Below are positions 46,313 through 55,966 of a stretch of 64,000 nucleotides of DNA, piece by piece; position 1 is the first letter of the stretch, and the number at the start of each line of letters is the position of its first letter. Below the pieces are notes generated by a model that was not told where the DNA came from, made no database searches, and worked only from the letters and a program-made list of their open reading frames with translations. This DNA comes from a candidate division WOR-3 bacterium (GTDB lineage Bacteria; Hydrothermota; Tepidihabitantia; Tepidihabitantales; Tepidihabitantaceae): assembly GCA_965649295.1 (NCBI GenBank), contig CBFGKH010000007.1, positions 56,794-120,793 of the forward strand, in the 5' to 3' direction. The translations under genes and the position numbers were made by a program.

Positions 46313-46714
46313 TCAGGTCTGGCGGGCGGCCAGCGCGTCTGCTGTCGCGCCGACCACTCGGGCGATGTCGTCGTTGGTGTGGTCGAAGGCGTGACGCTTT
46401 TCGATTCCTAGCTCGGTGACGACGACATGGACCGCCGGGCTGACGCCGATGTTCTCCAGACTCTTGCGGACGCAGGCAACCGGACAGCCGTCAATTGCCA
46501 CACAGGGCTTCGCCTGCGCGCTCCTGACGAAGCTCTCCAGTTGCGCGCCGACACCGACGGCACAGTACATCGAGCCCTGGCCGTAGCCGTCAAGCGCCCG
46601 GGCCGCATCGTTGGCAATCTGGCCGACGTTGGAACCGCCGGAGCAGGCAAGCAGCAGGACGTCCCTGGCGCCGCAGGTGCAGGTCGGCTTCTGCGACGAG
46701 TCGCTGCCCGCCAT
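46313..46714 (-). CDS. DGC-domain putative zinc-binding protein
   Basis: ACSGGSNVGQ, IDGCPVAC. Confidence 0.9.
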   Translation of the reverse strand: MAGSDSSQKPTCTCGARDVLLLACSGGSNVGQIANDAARALDGYGQGSMYCAVGVGAQLESFVRSAQAKPCVAIDGCPVACVRKSLENIGVSPAVHVVVTELGIEKRHAFDHTNDDIARVVGATADALAARQT

Positions 46715-46715
46715 G

Positions 46716-46955
46716 TCAGTTTCCTCCTGCCAGCAGTTTCTTCAGCTCGTCCATGGACGGGACTTTGCCCTGCGAGACGACCTTGCCGTCAATCACGAGG
46801 CCGGGGGTCATGAAGACGCCCATGGCGGCGAACTTCTTCAGGTCGGTGACATGTTCGATGTCGGCGGCGATGTTCAGCTCGGCGAGCGCGTCGCGAACCC
46901 TTTTCTCGAGTTCCTGGCAGCGCTGGCAGCCGATTCCGAGAACCTGGACTTTCAT
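46716..46955 (-). CDS. Small redox-active disulfide protein (MTH895-like thioredoxin family)
   Basis: MKVQVLGIGCQRC...GVFMTPGLVIDGKVVSQGKVP; AAAGGAG SD. Confidence 0.92.
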   Translation of the reverse strand: MKVQVLGIGCQRCQELEKRVRDALAELNIAADIEHVTDLKKFAAMGVFMTPGLVIDGKVVSQGKVPSMDELKKLLAGGN

Positions 46956-46972
46956 GCTGTCACTCCTTTCGG

Positions 46973-48142
46973 TTACAGCAGGCCATACAGCAGTCCAACG
47001 ACGGTTGAGAGCACCACAACCAGCAGGATGTAGGTGAATGCCTTCTTCGGGCCGATGGTGCGAATGATGACAATCATCGATGGCAGGGAAAGCGCCGGGC
47101 CGGAGAGCAGTAGAGCCAGTGCCGGGCCTTTGCCCATGCCCGAGCCAAGCAGGCCCTGCAGAATCGGGATTTCGGTCAGGGTGGCGAAGTACATCAAGGC
47201 GCCGGAGACCGAGGCGAAGAGGTTCGACCAGAGCGAGTTGCCGCCGACTAGGCCGGCAATGATGGAGTCGGGAATCACGCCCGCGTTCAGGCCGGGCCGG
47301 CCGAGCAGGAATCCGGCGACGAAGACTCCGCCGAGGAGCAGGGGCAGAATCTGCTTGGCGAATGTCCAGGTCGAGAGCACCCAGGCCCTGCGCTCGTCGG
47401 AGTTGAACCAGCGCCAGACCATCAGCAGCACAGCCAGCAGGAACGCGCCGGCGATGAACCACTTCACCGAGTAGACCGCGCTGAAGAAGCCGATTGGCTC
47501 TCTGGGTTTGCCCCAGTTGGCAAAGACGAGGAAGAGAATCATCGCGGCGAAGTAAAGCATGTTCTGCCCGAGGTTGCGCCGGGACGCTTCCGGAGAGAGT
47601 CCGGCGATGCCCGCACCTTCGGCCCGCCGGCGCTCGGACTTCAGGAAGATGAGCGCCATCAGCAGGCCGATGACGATGGAGAAGACGACCGCGCCGACTG
47701 CCCGGGCGAGTCCGAGTTCGAGACCGAGCACGCGGCCGGTCATCAGGATGGCGAGGACATTGATGGCCGGGCCGGAGTAGAGAAAGGTCGTCGCGACGCC
47801 GAGCCCGGCGCCGGCGTAGTAGATGCCCATGAACATCGGCAGGACGGTGCAGGAGCAGACCGCGAGAATCGCGCCCGAGACCGAGGCGACAGAGTAGGCC
47901 AGCACCTTGTTCGACTTCGGGCCGAAGTACTTGAGGACGGCTTCCTTGGAGATGAAGTTCTGGATTGCGCCGGCGATGAAGAAGGCGGGCACAAGGCAGA
48001 GGAGGACGTGGAGCCGGGCGTAGTCCTGAAGCATCAGGAAGCCTTCGAGCAGCGCACCCTGAACCCGGGCCTTCTCGACCGGCAGGAAATAGAAGAGCAG
48101 AAAGGCGGCGAGGATGACGATGAACTTCGTGCGTTCCCTCAA
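46973..48142 (-). CDS. Permease, ArsP/DUF318 family
   Basis: HVLLCLVPAFFIAGAI, AVCSCTVLPMF, FLYSGPAIN, MYFATLTEIP. Confidence 0.9.
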   Translation of the reverse strand: MRERTKFIVILAAFLLFYFLPVEKARVQGALLEGFLMLQDYARLHVLLCLVPAFFIAGAIQNFISKEAVLKYFGPKSNKVLAYSVASVSGAILAVCSCTVLPMFMGIYYAGAGLGVATTFLYSGPAINVLAILMTGRVLGLELGLARAVGAVVFSIVIGLLMALIFLKSERRRAEGAGIAGLSPEASRRNLGQNMLYFAAMILFLVFANWGKPREPIGFFSAVYSVKWFIAGAFLLAVLLMVWRWFNSDERRAWVLSTWTFAKQILPLLLGGVFVAGFLLGRPGLNAGVIPDSIIAGLVGGNSLWSNLFASVSGALMYFATLTEIPILQGLLGSGMGKGPALALLLSGPALSLPSMIVIIRTIGPKKAFTYILLVVVLSTVVGLLYGLL

Positions 48143-48145
48143 GGA

Positions 48146-48664
48146 CTACTCCCAGCCGAACTGACGGAACTTCGCGACGATGGAGTCGCGCGGATAGACG
48201 CCGATGTGGCGGAAGAGCTCGTTGCCTTCCGGGTCGTAGAAAATCTGAGTCGGAATGACCTGAATCCGGGCCTCAGCCGTCAGTTGCTTCTCCTCGTAGA
48301 CGTTGATGATGCGGATGTCAACCTTGCCCTGATACTCGGCCATCATCGGTTCGAGGATGTCTTTCATCGTCTGGCAAGGAATGCACCTCTCGGAGCCGTA
48401 GTCCCACATCCGGGGCAGGACTTTGGGCCTGGGCGGCGGCTCAGGCCTAGGTTCGGGCTTCGGCTCGGGTTTAGGTGCAGCCGGTTCACTGGCGGCGACG
48501 GCCAGGGTTTCCGCCGGGGGCAGCGTCTCGGGAATCTCGCTCTGCGCGGCGAGAGAGCTGTCAGCAGCGGCTGTCTTGCCGGCGGGTTGAGGAGCATTGG
48601 GACAGCCGGGCAGCAGCGCCAGCAGCAGGACAGGTGCAAGTAAGGTGAGGGTGGACTGTTTCAT
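48146..48664 (-). CDS. Thioredoxin-fold lipoprotein
   Basis: Lipobox LPGC, Pro-rich linker, CIPC, IPTQIF. Confidence 0.85.
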   Translation of the reverse strand: MKQSTLTLLAPVLLLALLPGCPNAPQPAGKTAAADSSLAAQSEIPETLPPAETLAVAASEPAAPKPEPKPEPRPEPPPRPKVLPRMWDYGSERCIPCQTMKDILEPMMAEYQGKVDIRIINVYEEKQLTAEARIQVIPTQIFYDPEGNELFRHIGVYPRDSIVAKFRQFGWE

Positions 48665-48679
48665 CAATTGGCCTCCGGA

Positions 48680-49381
48680 CTAGCGTCTGACCAGTTCATA
48701 GGCGAAGTATGCAGCCACGAGCAGCAGCAGCACGCCCGAGGCTTTCCTGAGAATGACCGAGGCCTTGTTCAGGCCTTTGGAGTTGACCAGCGCTTCGGCA
48801 AGGCCGATGGAGGTGCCGGCGAGCAGCACCAGCACAGAATGGCCGAGAGCATAGGTGAAGAGCAAGAGCCCGCCGTAGACCACGTTGCCCTTTGACGCCA
48901 CGTAGGACAGGATGACGGCGAGAATCGGCATGGCGCAGGGCGTGGCGATGACGCCGGTCAGAGCGCCGAGCAGGAAGGCGCCGATAACCCCGCCGGCCTT
49001 CGGGGCGAAGCCGCGCGGCAGCGGAAGTTCGAAGTTCGGGAAAAAGAGAATCTGGACGCCCATCACCACACAGACGATGATGATGAGGATGGGCCAGAAC
49101 CTGGACGTCGTGCCGAAGAGCGTGCCGGCAAGGCCGGCAATCATTCCGAGCGCGGTGAATGCGGCGGCGATGCCGAGGAAGAGAAAGAGCGCAAGCAGCA
49201 GCGCATAGCTCTTGCTCCTGCCCGGCGTGTAGCCGCCGACAAAGCCGATGGCCAGAGGGATTGACGCCAGCACGCAGGGGTTGAGGGCGGTGACGAGCCC
49301 GCCGAGGAACACGACCGGGACCGCCAGCAGCGGCTGGGAGGTAATCAGCTTCTCGGCGTTGGCGAGCAGGGAGGAGAGCAT
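48680..49381 (-). CDS. ccdA: CcdA/DsbD-type transmembrane disulfide electron transporter
   Basis: ALNPCVL and ATPCAMP Pro-Cys pair; 6 TM. Confidence 0.88.
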   Translation of the reverse strand: MLSSLLANAEKLITSQPLLAVPVVFLGGLVTALNPCVLASIPLAIGFVGGYTPGRSKSYALLLALFLFLGIAAAFTALGMIAGLAGTLFGTTSRFWPILIIIVCVVMGVQILFFPNFELPLPRGFAPKAGGVIGAFLLGALTGVIATPCAMPILAVILSYVASKGNVVYGGLLLFTYALGHSVLVLLAGTSIGLAEALVNSKGLNKASVILRKASGVLLLLVAAYFAYELVRR

Positions 49382-49387
49382 CGCCTC

Positions 49388-50227
49388 TCAGGCTGCCGGT
49401 TTGGCTGCAGCGACCTTGATGCTCGTAACGCTGGCGGCAGCCGCCCGCGGTTCATCCGCGGTCAATCCCGACTCGCGCACGAGCGCCTGCAGAGTCGGGT
49501 CGCTGGCCGGGACTTCGACCGGGAACCGGTCTTCGCCGACTACGCTGATGTCCGTGAAGCCGGCAGCGGCGATTGTGGCGAGGTAGTCGGCTTTCAGATT
49601 TGCTCCGGATATGCAGCCGACATAGGCGGCTGCCGAGTCGAGCAGGGCCGGCGGCAGGGGCGCGGTGAGAACAATGTCGGAAACGAGCAGCCGGCCACCG
49701 GGTTTGAGCACGCGCAAGGCCTCGCGGAAAACCTGCGGCTTGTCCGGCGAGAGGTTGACGACGCAGTTGGAAATCACGACGTCAATTGAGTTGTCGGCAA
49801 CCGGCAGGTGTTCGATTTCACCAAGTCGGAACTCGACGTTGGCAATGCCCGCCTTGCGGGCATTCTGCCGGGCGCGCTCGACCATCTCCGGGGTCATGTC
49901 CACGCCAATGACCTTTCCGGTCGGGCCGACCTTGCGCGCGGCGAGAAAGCAGTCAAAGCCGGCACCCGAACCAAGGTCGAGCACGGTTTCGCCCCGCTTT
50001 AGGCTGGCGAGGGCGACCGGATTGCCGCAGCCAAGCCCGAGATTCGCATCAGGCGGAACCCCGGCCAAATCCTCGTCCGAATAGCCAATCGCGCGGGCAG
50101 TTGCAGTCGGGCTACCGTTGCCGCAACAACACTTAGTCTGCGGGCCGCAGCAGGAGTCTGATTGCCGAGGTATCGAGCCGTAAGCATCGCGGACCGCCTG
50201 CTTGATATCCTTGTCGTGACCTGACAC
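49388..50227 (-). CDS. arsM: Arsenite S-adenosylmethionine methyltransferase
   Basis: N-terminal CC clusters, GLGCGNP, LDLGSGAGFD, ISNCVVNLSPDK, GCISGA. Confidence 0.95.
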   Translation of the reverse strand: MSGHDKDIKQAVRDAYGSIPRQSDSCCGPQTKCCCGNGSPTATARAIGYSDEDLAGVPPDANLGLGCGNPVALASLKRGETVLDLGSGAGFDCFLAARKVGPTGKVIGVDMTPEMVERARQNARKAGIANVEFRLGEIEHLPVADNSIDVVISNCVVNLSPDKPQVFREALRVLKPGGRLLVSDIVLTAPLPPALLDSAAAYVGCISGANLKADYLATIAAAGFTDISVVGEDRFPVEVPASDPTLQALVRESGLTADEPRAAAASVTSIKVAAAKPAA

Positions 50228-50595
50228 TAGCGGTGCGCTTCCTTGGTTGAGGATGTGCTACAGCTCGTACGCTCCGAGCCTTTGGGTCGGCGGGCCGTGC
50301 AGCGACCGGGCTTGCCGGCCTTGGCCAGTTGCCGAGCCTGGTCAAGGAACTCCAGCACCGACTCATCAGCCAGCCGGTAGCGCATCCCGCGGCCGTCGCG
50401 TCGGGAGACGATGATGCCGGCCTGCTCGAGCACCGACAGATGGTGTGACACCACCGAGAAGCTGGTTGGAAAGTGGGGGGCAAGTTCACAGACACACCGT
50501 TCGCCAGCAGCCAACAATTCAACAAGCCGCATCCGATACTCAGAGCCGAGCGCTGCCAGATAGGCCGTTGTCAACTGCCGACTGCTGATATCCAT
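50227..50595 (-). CDS. arsR: ArsR/SmtB family transcriptional repressor
   Basis: ALGSEYRMRL...GERCVCEL...VSHHLSVLEQAG; start ATG 50595 right after the promoter. Confidence 0.92.
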   Translation of the reverse strand: MDISSRQLTTAYLAALGSEYRMRLVELLAAGERCVCELAPHFPTSFSVVSHHLSVLEQAGIIVSRRDGRGMRYRLADESVLEFLDQARQLAKAGKPGRCTARRPKGSERTSCSTSSTKEAHR

Positions 50596-50630
50596 ATTTC
50601 TAAAAATATAGAAATATCCGGCGATGTCAA
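50594..50630 (-). promoter_or_regulatory. ars promoter with overlapping palindromic operator
   Basis: TTGACA-16-TATTTT-7 nt-ATG; perfect inverted repeat ATATTTCTA-N6-TAGAAATAT (50594-50617) flanking the -10. Confidence 0.8.
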
Positions 50631-51146
50631 CGGTGTCGAAACGGCGGTGGGTGTTGGGCGGCGGCGGTTGATAAGGGCAGGGCTGGGTAAGGGTAGTTGG
50701 GTTTCGGGCGGCGCAGGGGCGGAGACCACCCGTGCCGCTGCGCCGCCCGGAGGAGGTTTCCATGCCGAGACGCTGTCGGTTCTGCTGTCTGCTCTGTCCT
50801 AGTTTCTTCTGTTGGACGAGCCGGAAATCCCGAGGTTGCATGGGAAGCGACTGACCAGCAGCGGCGGTAGCTAACTTATGGAGAATAAAGCAGATGTGTT
50901 GCGCAGCCCGGTCAGGCCGTATCAAACGCGGACAGCGACCAGTTCGCACCGGCCGCTGTCATCTGCGAGAAGGAGGCTTGTGTGCTCTGACTTGCCCGTT
51001 CTGCCACAGCAGTCTGCTGCAGCTCGATATGTATGACGCTTTCTTGGACAGATGGTTGCACTGGTTTGCTTGACCGCTGGTTATGGGGCAATAGAATCGT
51101 ATTGCTGGGCCGGTTCCATAACTCAAGAAGTCTCATAGGAGTACAG

Positions 51147-53306
51147 ATGAAGTCTTACTTTCTTGTCCTGGCCGTTCTATTGGCGATTCCGGCGGTGGCT
51201 CGGCCGCAGTACCGGATGGGGTTCAATTACGCCGATCTGGCCAAGGTTGCGCCGGACAAGGAAGTGATAGTGGTGCTGCCAGCGCCGGGCTGCCGTGATC
51301 ACCGCGACCTAGTACGGGTTGACCTGACTGACCAGATGCCGCCGGTTGGTGACCAGTTGGCGCAGGGTTCGTGCATGTCCTGGGCAGTGGGCTACTATCA
51401 TCGCACTCAGCTTGAGTATCGGGAGCGGGGCTGGGACCTGACCGATCCGCGCCACCGCTTCAGCGCCGCGTTTCTCTACAATCAGGTGAATGGCGGGGCT
51501 GACCGCGGTTCCGGATTTGAGGACAACATGCCCTTAGTCTGCGAGCAGGGCGCGGCAAGCGAGGCCTTGATGCCGTATGACCAGTATGACTGTGTCTCCT
51601 GGCCGTCCGAGGCCGCCTACTATGAGGCGATTCCTTATCGCTGCCGCGACTGGGGCTGGTTGCGGGTGCGCAATGAGACCGAGCTAGCGAATGTCAAGCA
51701 GATTTTGGCCAATGGCAGCACCTGCGTCATCGCCATCTGGTGCTGGGACAACTTCATGAACATCTCCCGTTACAACAACACCTACTGTGTTGCCGACCGC
51801 GCTGGCCAGAACGGCGGTGGCCACGGTGTCTGCATTGTCGGTTACGACGACACGCTGACCACCCGCGACGGCCAGGGTGCATTTCGGATAGTCAACTCCT
51901 GGGGCACGGGCTGGGGCGACCGCGGCTACTTCTGGATGTCCTATCAGGCGGTGATGAACACCGACCTCTCCCAGCGGGTTGTCGGCTATCTTATTGACAC
52001 GGTCGGTTACCAGCCGACGCTTTTTGCTCGGGTTCGGCTGAACCATCCCACCAGGGACCGAATTGGTCTGCAGTTTCTCGTTGGCCGGGCGAGCTCGCCG
52101 AGCTGGTATCGGGAGTTTCGCACCTGGCGTCAGGCTGCGGTTGACCAGCCGTTCCCACCGAACAACATCGTCTTTGACCTGACTGAGGCGAGCGAGTATC
52201 TCACCGGTCAGACTGCTGAGTCGGTCTATTTCTGCTGCTGGGACACGCGCCTTGACGGCCGGGACGGCGCGGTCGAGCAGATGGGCAGCAAGTATCTGCC
52301 TTGGTACAACTGGTATCCGAGCACTACCGTGCCGACTGCGATTCCCGACAATGGCGGAATGGTGCTGGTCGGCACTCGGGTCGAACAGCACGACCAGGAT
52401 GCGAGCGCGGCAACAGTTCTCGCACCGCTGGGCGTGGTCGAGCCGGGCCAGGCCTACCGGCCCCAGGCCAGGGTCTATAACTACGGCACTACCATTGCCA
52501 GCTTCCCAGTCTTTCTGCGCATCGCTCCAGACTGGCGCGACAGTCGTAATGTCAACGGGCTTGCGCCGGGCGAATCGTGCGATGTCGAGTTTGGCTACTG
52601 GACAGCGCCGCCAGAAGGCGTGGCAGTCCTGAGCTGCTCGACCGCGCTGGCCGGCGACTCCTACTATGCCAACGACACCGTCTCAGCAACGGTGCGGGTG
52701 CGCTATCACGATGTGGCAGTAGTCGAGGTATTGGCACCACCAGCTAGAGTTGACTCAGGAGTCGGGCTGATGCCAAGGGTGCGCTGTCGTAACAACGGCA
52801 CCCAGACCGAGACGTTTCTCTTGCGCTTTGTCATTCCGGGCGAATCCTACAACCGACTGGCCCAGCTTGGGCTAGCCCCTGGTGCTGAAGGCCAGGCCCT
52901 GTTTCCAACCTGGACACCGCGAGTTCTGGGCAGTCATGCCTACACCTGCTCGCTTAGCCTGAGCAGCGACCAGAACCCAGAGAACAACCGCATCGAAGGA
53001 ACGGTTGAAGTGGCGGCTGGTTCGGGTGTCGAGGAGCTGGCGGGCATCAGGCCGGGATTTGGTCTGGTCGAGGCCATGCCCAACCCGTTCGCCACAAGCA
53101 CGGTAATTCGCTACTCGCTCGGCCGGCCCGGCCCGGCAACAGTCCACATCTGCGACGTTACCGGCCGCATCGTCTTCACAAGCGCACTTGACCATTCGAC
53201 CACAGGAGCAGTTGTCCTTGACGGGCGTTCGCTTCCTGCCGGCACCTACATTGTCCGACTCGAAGCTAAGGGCCAGACAGCAACCGCAGCAATCGTCCGG
53301 CGCTAG
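51147..53306 (+). CDS. Secreted C1 (papain-like) cysteine peptidase with CARDB domains and T9SS-like C-terminal tail
   Basis: Q..QGSCMSWA, GGHGVCIVGYDD, NSWG..WG..GY; PNPF...DVTGR...LPAGTYIVRL; promoter TTGACC-16-TAGAAT at 51070-51097. Confidence 0.9.
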   Translation: MKSYFLVLAVLLAIPAVARPQYRMGFNYADLAKVAPDKEVIVVLPAPGCRDHRDLVRVDLTDQMPPVGDQLAQGSCMSWAVGYYHRTQLEYRERGWDLTDPRHRFSAAFLYNQVNGGADRGSGFEDNMPLVCEQGAASEALMPYDQYDCVSWPSEAAYYEAIPYRCRDWGWLRVRNETELANVKQILANGSTCVIAIWCWDNFMNISRYNNTYCVADRAGQNGGGHGVCIVGYDDTLTTRDGQGAFRIVNSWGTGWGDRGYFWMSYQAVMNTDLSQRVVGYLIDTVGYQPTLFARVRLNHPTRDRIGLQFLVGRASSPSWYREFRTWRQAAVDQPFPPNNIVFDLTEASEYLTGQTAESVYFCCWDTRLDGRDGAVEQMGSKYLPWYNWYPSTTVPTAIPDNGGMVLVGTRVEQHDQDASAATVLAPLGVVEPGQAYRPQARVYNYGTTIASFPVFLRIAPDWRDSRNVNGLAPGESCDVEFGYWTAPPEGVAVLSCSTALAGDSYYANDTVSATVRVRYHDVAVVEVLAPPARVDSGVGLMPRVRCRNNGTQTETFLLRFVIPGESYNRLAQLGLAPGAEGQALFPTWTPRVLGSHAYTCSLSLSSDQNPENNRIEGTVEVAAGSGVEELAGIRPGFGLVEAMPNPFATSTVIRYSLGRPGPATVHICDVTGRIVFTSALDHSTTGAVVLDGRSLPAGTYIVRLEAKGQTATAAIVRR

Positions 53307-53315
53307 CCTGCTCGC

Positions 53316-54869
53316 CTAGCGCCGGAACCGGCGGCGGATAGCGAGAAGAAAGAGGGCGAGCACACCGACGCCAACCAACGCCTGCGTCGCCATCAGGACG
53401 GTCTGATACCAGCAGCTCAGGTTTTCGAGTTGGAACCGGAAGTAGCCCGGCACCATATTGACCAGACCAGAGAGCAGTGCCCAGCCGGTCCGTTCGAGTA
53501 TCTGCGCTGGCGTGGGCCCGGGTCTGATTCGCCAGAGCACGGGCGCGGCACTGCCGTAGCCAAACCAGAAGTAGAGGTTCGCAAACGCGAGCCAGACCTG
53601 AGCCAGGCGCCCTAGCGCCAGTTGTGGTGACTCACCGTAGTTGCTGACGACCTTGTAGAGCCAGAGGGCAAAGCGGAAGAATCCGCGTGCCTGGGTTCGG
53701 CGATACTCCATCTCGGCAACGTGAAAGTCGCCGGCATCAGAATAGGAACCGTACCTTTCGGTTGCGAGCCGAATTTCCCGCGCGACGCGCTCGACATCCT
53801 GCTTTACCAGTTGTTCGGTTCTACCCCAAATCTCTTGCTGGGGTCTTGTTTCTTGTTCGGCTGTCTCGCCTTCGAGCCCTGGCCTATCAGCAGAAAACAG
53901 CTCTGGTAGTGTCCCAACCTGCTCCTCGGGCAGCCCAGTTCTTTTTGCCAACTGTTCGGGATTCCATTCTTGGTGCGGCGTGAATGCGAACTGGGCGTCG
54001 AAGATGAACTTCTTGGGGTCGGTCTCCCACTTCACATTGGCGAAACGTACGAGCAACCGGTCAGTGAGAATATCGGTATGCAGGAACGAGACGCGGTTCA
54101 TATTCTCGCTAATGTCCCGGAACACAACCTGACCGGCCGGCGCAATGATGCGGCCTTGCCTATGGTCTTGCTCCATCGTGATGTCGGAAGTGCCGTGAAC
54201 GAAGTCCAAGTCCCAGAGCAGGATGGTTGCCTTTTCGCCAATCTCGGTGCCGGCAAAGAGCAACTGATTGCGCAGGGAGGCGCGATTGAAGTCCACTGGG
54301 CCATCGAACTTGGCCCGAGTGAGGTCTGCAGGGCCAATGAATCTCGTATGGCCGAAGATGGCCTCGGCGCGGAACCGCGCGAAGCTGAAGTCGGCCGTGT
54401 TGCTGAACCGCGCTCCGTGGAAGTCGGCCTTGGCGCGGAACTGCGCTCCCAAGAAGTCGGCCTTGGCGCGGAACTGCGCTCCGCGGAAGTCGCAGACGGG
54501 GAAGACGAACTGCACGAAGTTGTGCTTTCCGTCCATCGCCGGAAAGATGAAGCCGGTGAACTGCCAGGGCTCGCTCGGGTTGATTCTGGCGGCATAGGCC
54601 TTGGTCAGCACTTCGTTGGCCTCGCCGAAGACCCAGTGCCTAGGATTGTTTTCCTGCCACTTCTTTGTTTTGTCGTCTCCGGCCTTGTTGAGCAGGGCGA
54701 CTAGGTATGATGCCAGATGTTGCCAGAAGTTGGCAGGGTCTTTCTGTTCTACCGGTTGATGAAAGATGCAGAGGTCACTGCCGTGTTCGGCGTCGAAAGG
54801 GCAGCTCCAGCCTGATTGATACTGGTAGTTGCACCGTTTCTTCTCTGGCGCTGGGGTTGGGGCCTGCAT
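53316..54869 (-). CDS. Pentapeptide-repeat protein with C-terminal TM segments
   Basis: C...CIFH N-terminus, ADFxxAxF repeats, YKVVSNYGESP, TM helices; TTGACC-17-TACACT-7 nt-ATG places the start at 54869. Confidence 0.82.
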   Translation of the reverse strand: MQAPTPAPEKKRCNYQYQSGWSCPFDAEHGSDLCIFHQPVEQKDPANFWQHLASYLVALLNKAGDDKTKKWQENNPRHWVFGEANEVLTKAYAARINPSEPWQFTGFIFPAMDGKHNFVQFVFPVCDFRGAQFRAKADFLGAQFRAKADFHGARFSNTADFSFARFRAEAIFGHTRFIGPADLTRAKFDGPVDFNRASLRNQLLFAGTEIGEKATILLWDLDFVHGTSDITMEQDHRQGRIIAPAGQVVFRDISENMNRVSFLHTDILTDRLLVRFANVKWETDPKKFIFDAQFAFTPHQEWNPEQLAKRTGLPEEQVGTLPELFSADRPGLEGETAEQETRPQQEIWGRTEQLVKQDVERVAREIRLATERYGSYSDAGDFHVAEMEYRRTQARGFFRFALWLYKVVSNYGESPQLALGRLAQVWLAFANLYFWFGYGSAAPVLWRIRPGPTPAQILERTGWALLSGLVNMVPGYFRFQLENLSCWYQTVLMATQALVGVGVLALFLLAIRRRFRR

Positions 54870-54938
54870 TGGGCTGAGTGTAGGCAGTTGGGACAGGCCG
54901 GTCAAGTGGGCAAAGGTGGGGCGACGCGATACTCCCTC

Positions 54939-55066
54939 GTCATTCCGAGGGCTGTCCTTGCCCGAGGAATCGCCGAAGTGCTATGCCTGGGGGGTGCGAG
55001 GCGGGAAGGCGATCCCTCGTCGCTGCGCTCCTCGGGATGACAGGAGAGAATGCGTCTCGGGATGAC
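54939..55066. repeat. REP/MITE-like palindromic element (GTCAT(T/C)CCGAG...CTCGGGATGAC)
   Basis: Ends GTCATTCCGAGG / CTCGGGATGAC (twice); 36-bp core recurs inverted at 61127-61162. Confidence 0.75.
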
Positions 55067-55456
55067 AGAGGGTGATGGCAGTTGTGGCTGGTTGCACCTC
55101 TTTTCGGGTGCAGGGGCGAATCGTGCCAGCAGGCGCTATCTCCTGAGCCCACAATATGTTGGCCAGGTTTTCCGCTGCCCCCACTCCTCTGTCCCGGGGA
55201 TGGTCTCCATGGTTCTTTGTCGCGGGGTCTTTAGTCCTGTCTCTTGCGCTGACTCAGTAACCCTTGGCGATTGGGATTGCGGCCGAGTCTGCCTAAGACT
55301 TCGGGCTCGCGCTTCTGGGCCTCTTTCGGTTGATGCTCGTGACTGGGTTTGGCCCGTTCTTTGGGACAAAGTTACCCGCTCGGCCTTACGGGTTGCTTGT
55401 AGCAGTCCTTGCTACTCGCTTTTGGTCGCTGCCTGCGTCGGGCTTTGGGCCGGGCT

Positions 55457-55918
55457 TTAGCGTGGGTTTGTGGTGCTCAGTTCGAACAGGCGCTCAGCAA
55501 GGGAAGTGACAAGTTCGGCCCGGGCAAGGCCCTTGCGCCAGCGGGCAGGGATGGCATCCTCGCCGTAGTAGGCACCGGCAAGCTGACCATAGACCGCGGC
55601 AGTCGTGTCGGTGTCTTCGCCGAGACTGACCGCGAGCGTACAACCAGTTTCGAAATCATCTGAGTTGTAGAGCGCCCAGAGCGCCGCTTCGAGCGTGTGA
55701 ACGACGTAGCCGGTGCCGCGGATATCGGGCGGCTGCTTCTGTTTGAACGAGCCGGCCGCGACTTGGTCAATCTTGGGTGCGAGCGGCTCGGATTGCCAGA
55801 GGCCGGGAACGGGCGAATAGTGGTCGGCGAGCAGGTCCTGTTTTGATGCGCCGAGCGCATCGCCGCAGGCGAGGCCGAGCAGCGAGCCGCGGATGCGGCT
55901 GCGTTTGTCGGGTGTCAT
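55457..55918 (-). pseudogene. ADP-ribosylglycohydrolase (DraG-like) with in-frame internal deletion
   Basis: N-terminal [14 protein letters not shown] fused directly to the C-terminal half ([29 protein letters not shown]); 153 aa, central TDD region absent. Confidence 0.78.
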
Positions 55919-55966
55919 CAGCCTAGAAGCAGCGGTGACATTGGGACGGGCCCAAACCGGTACTGG

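Noticed and set aside
45644..50595. Selenocysteine or stop-codon recoding in the redox/ars genes
   Set aside because: All catalytic positions are Cys codons in uninterrupted ORFs; TGA and TAG behave as ordinary stops.
50596..50949. 118-aa N-terminal extension of ArsR in the ORF track
   Set aside because: The promoter and operator lie inside it; the real start is ATG 50595. Similar over-extensions were trimmed for rplD, rpmC, rpsH, 22190, 46716, 51033 and 54905.
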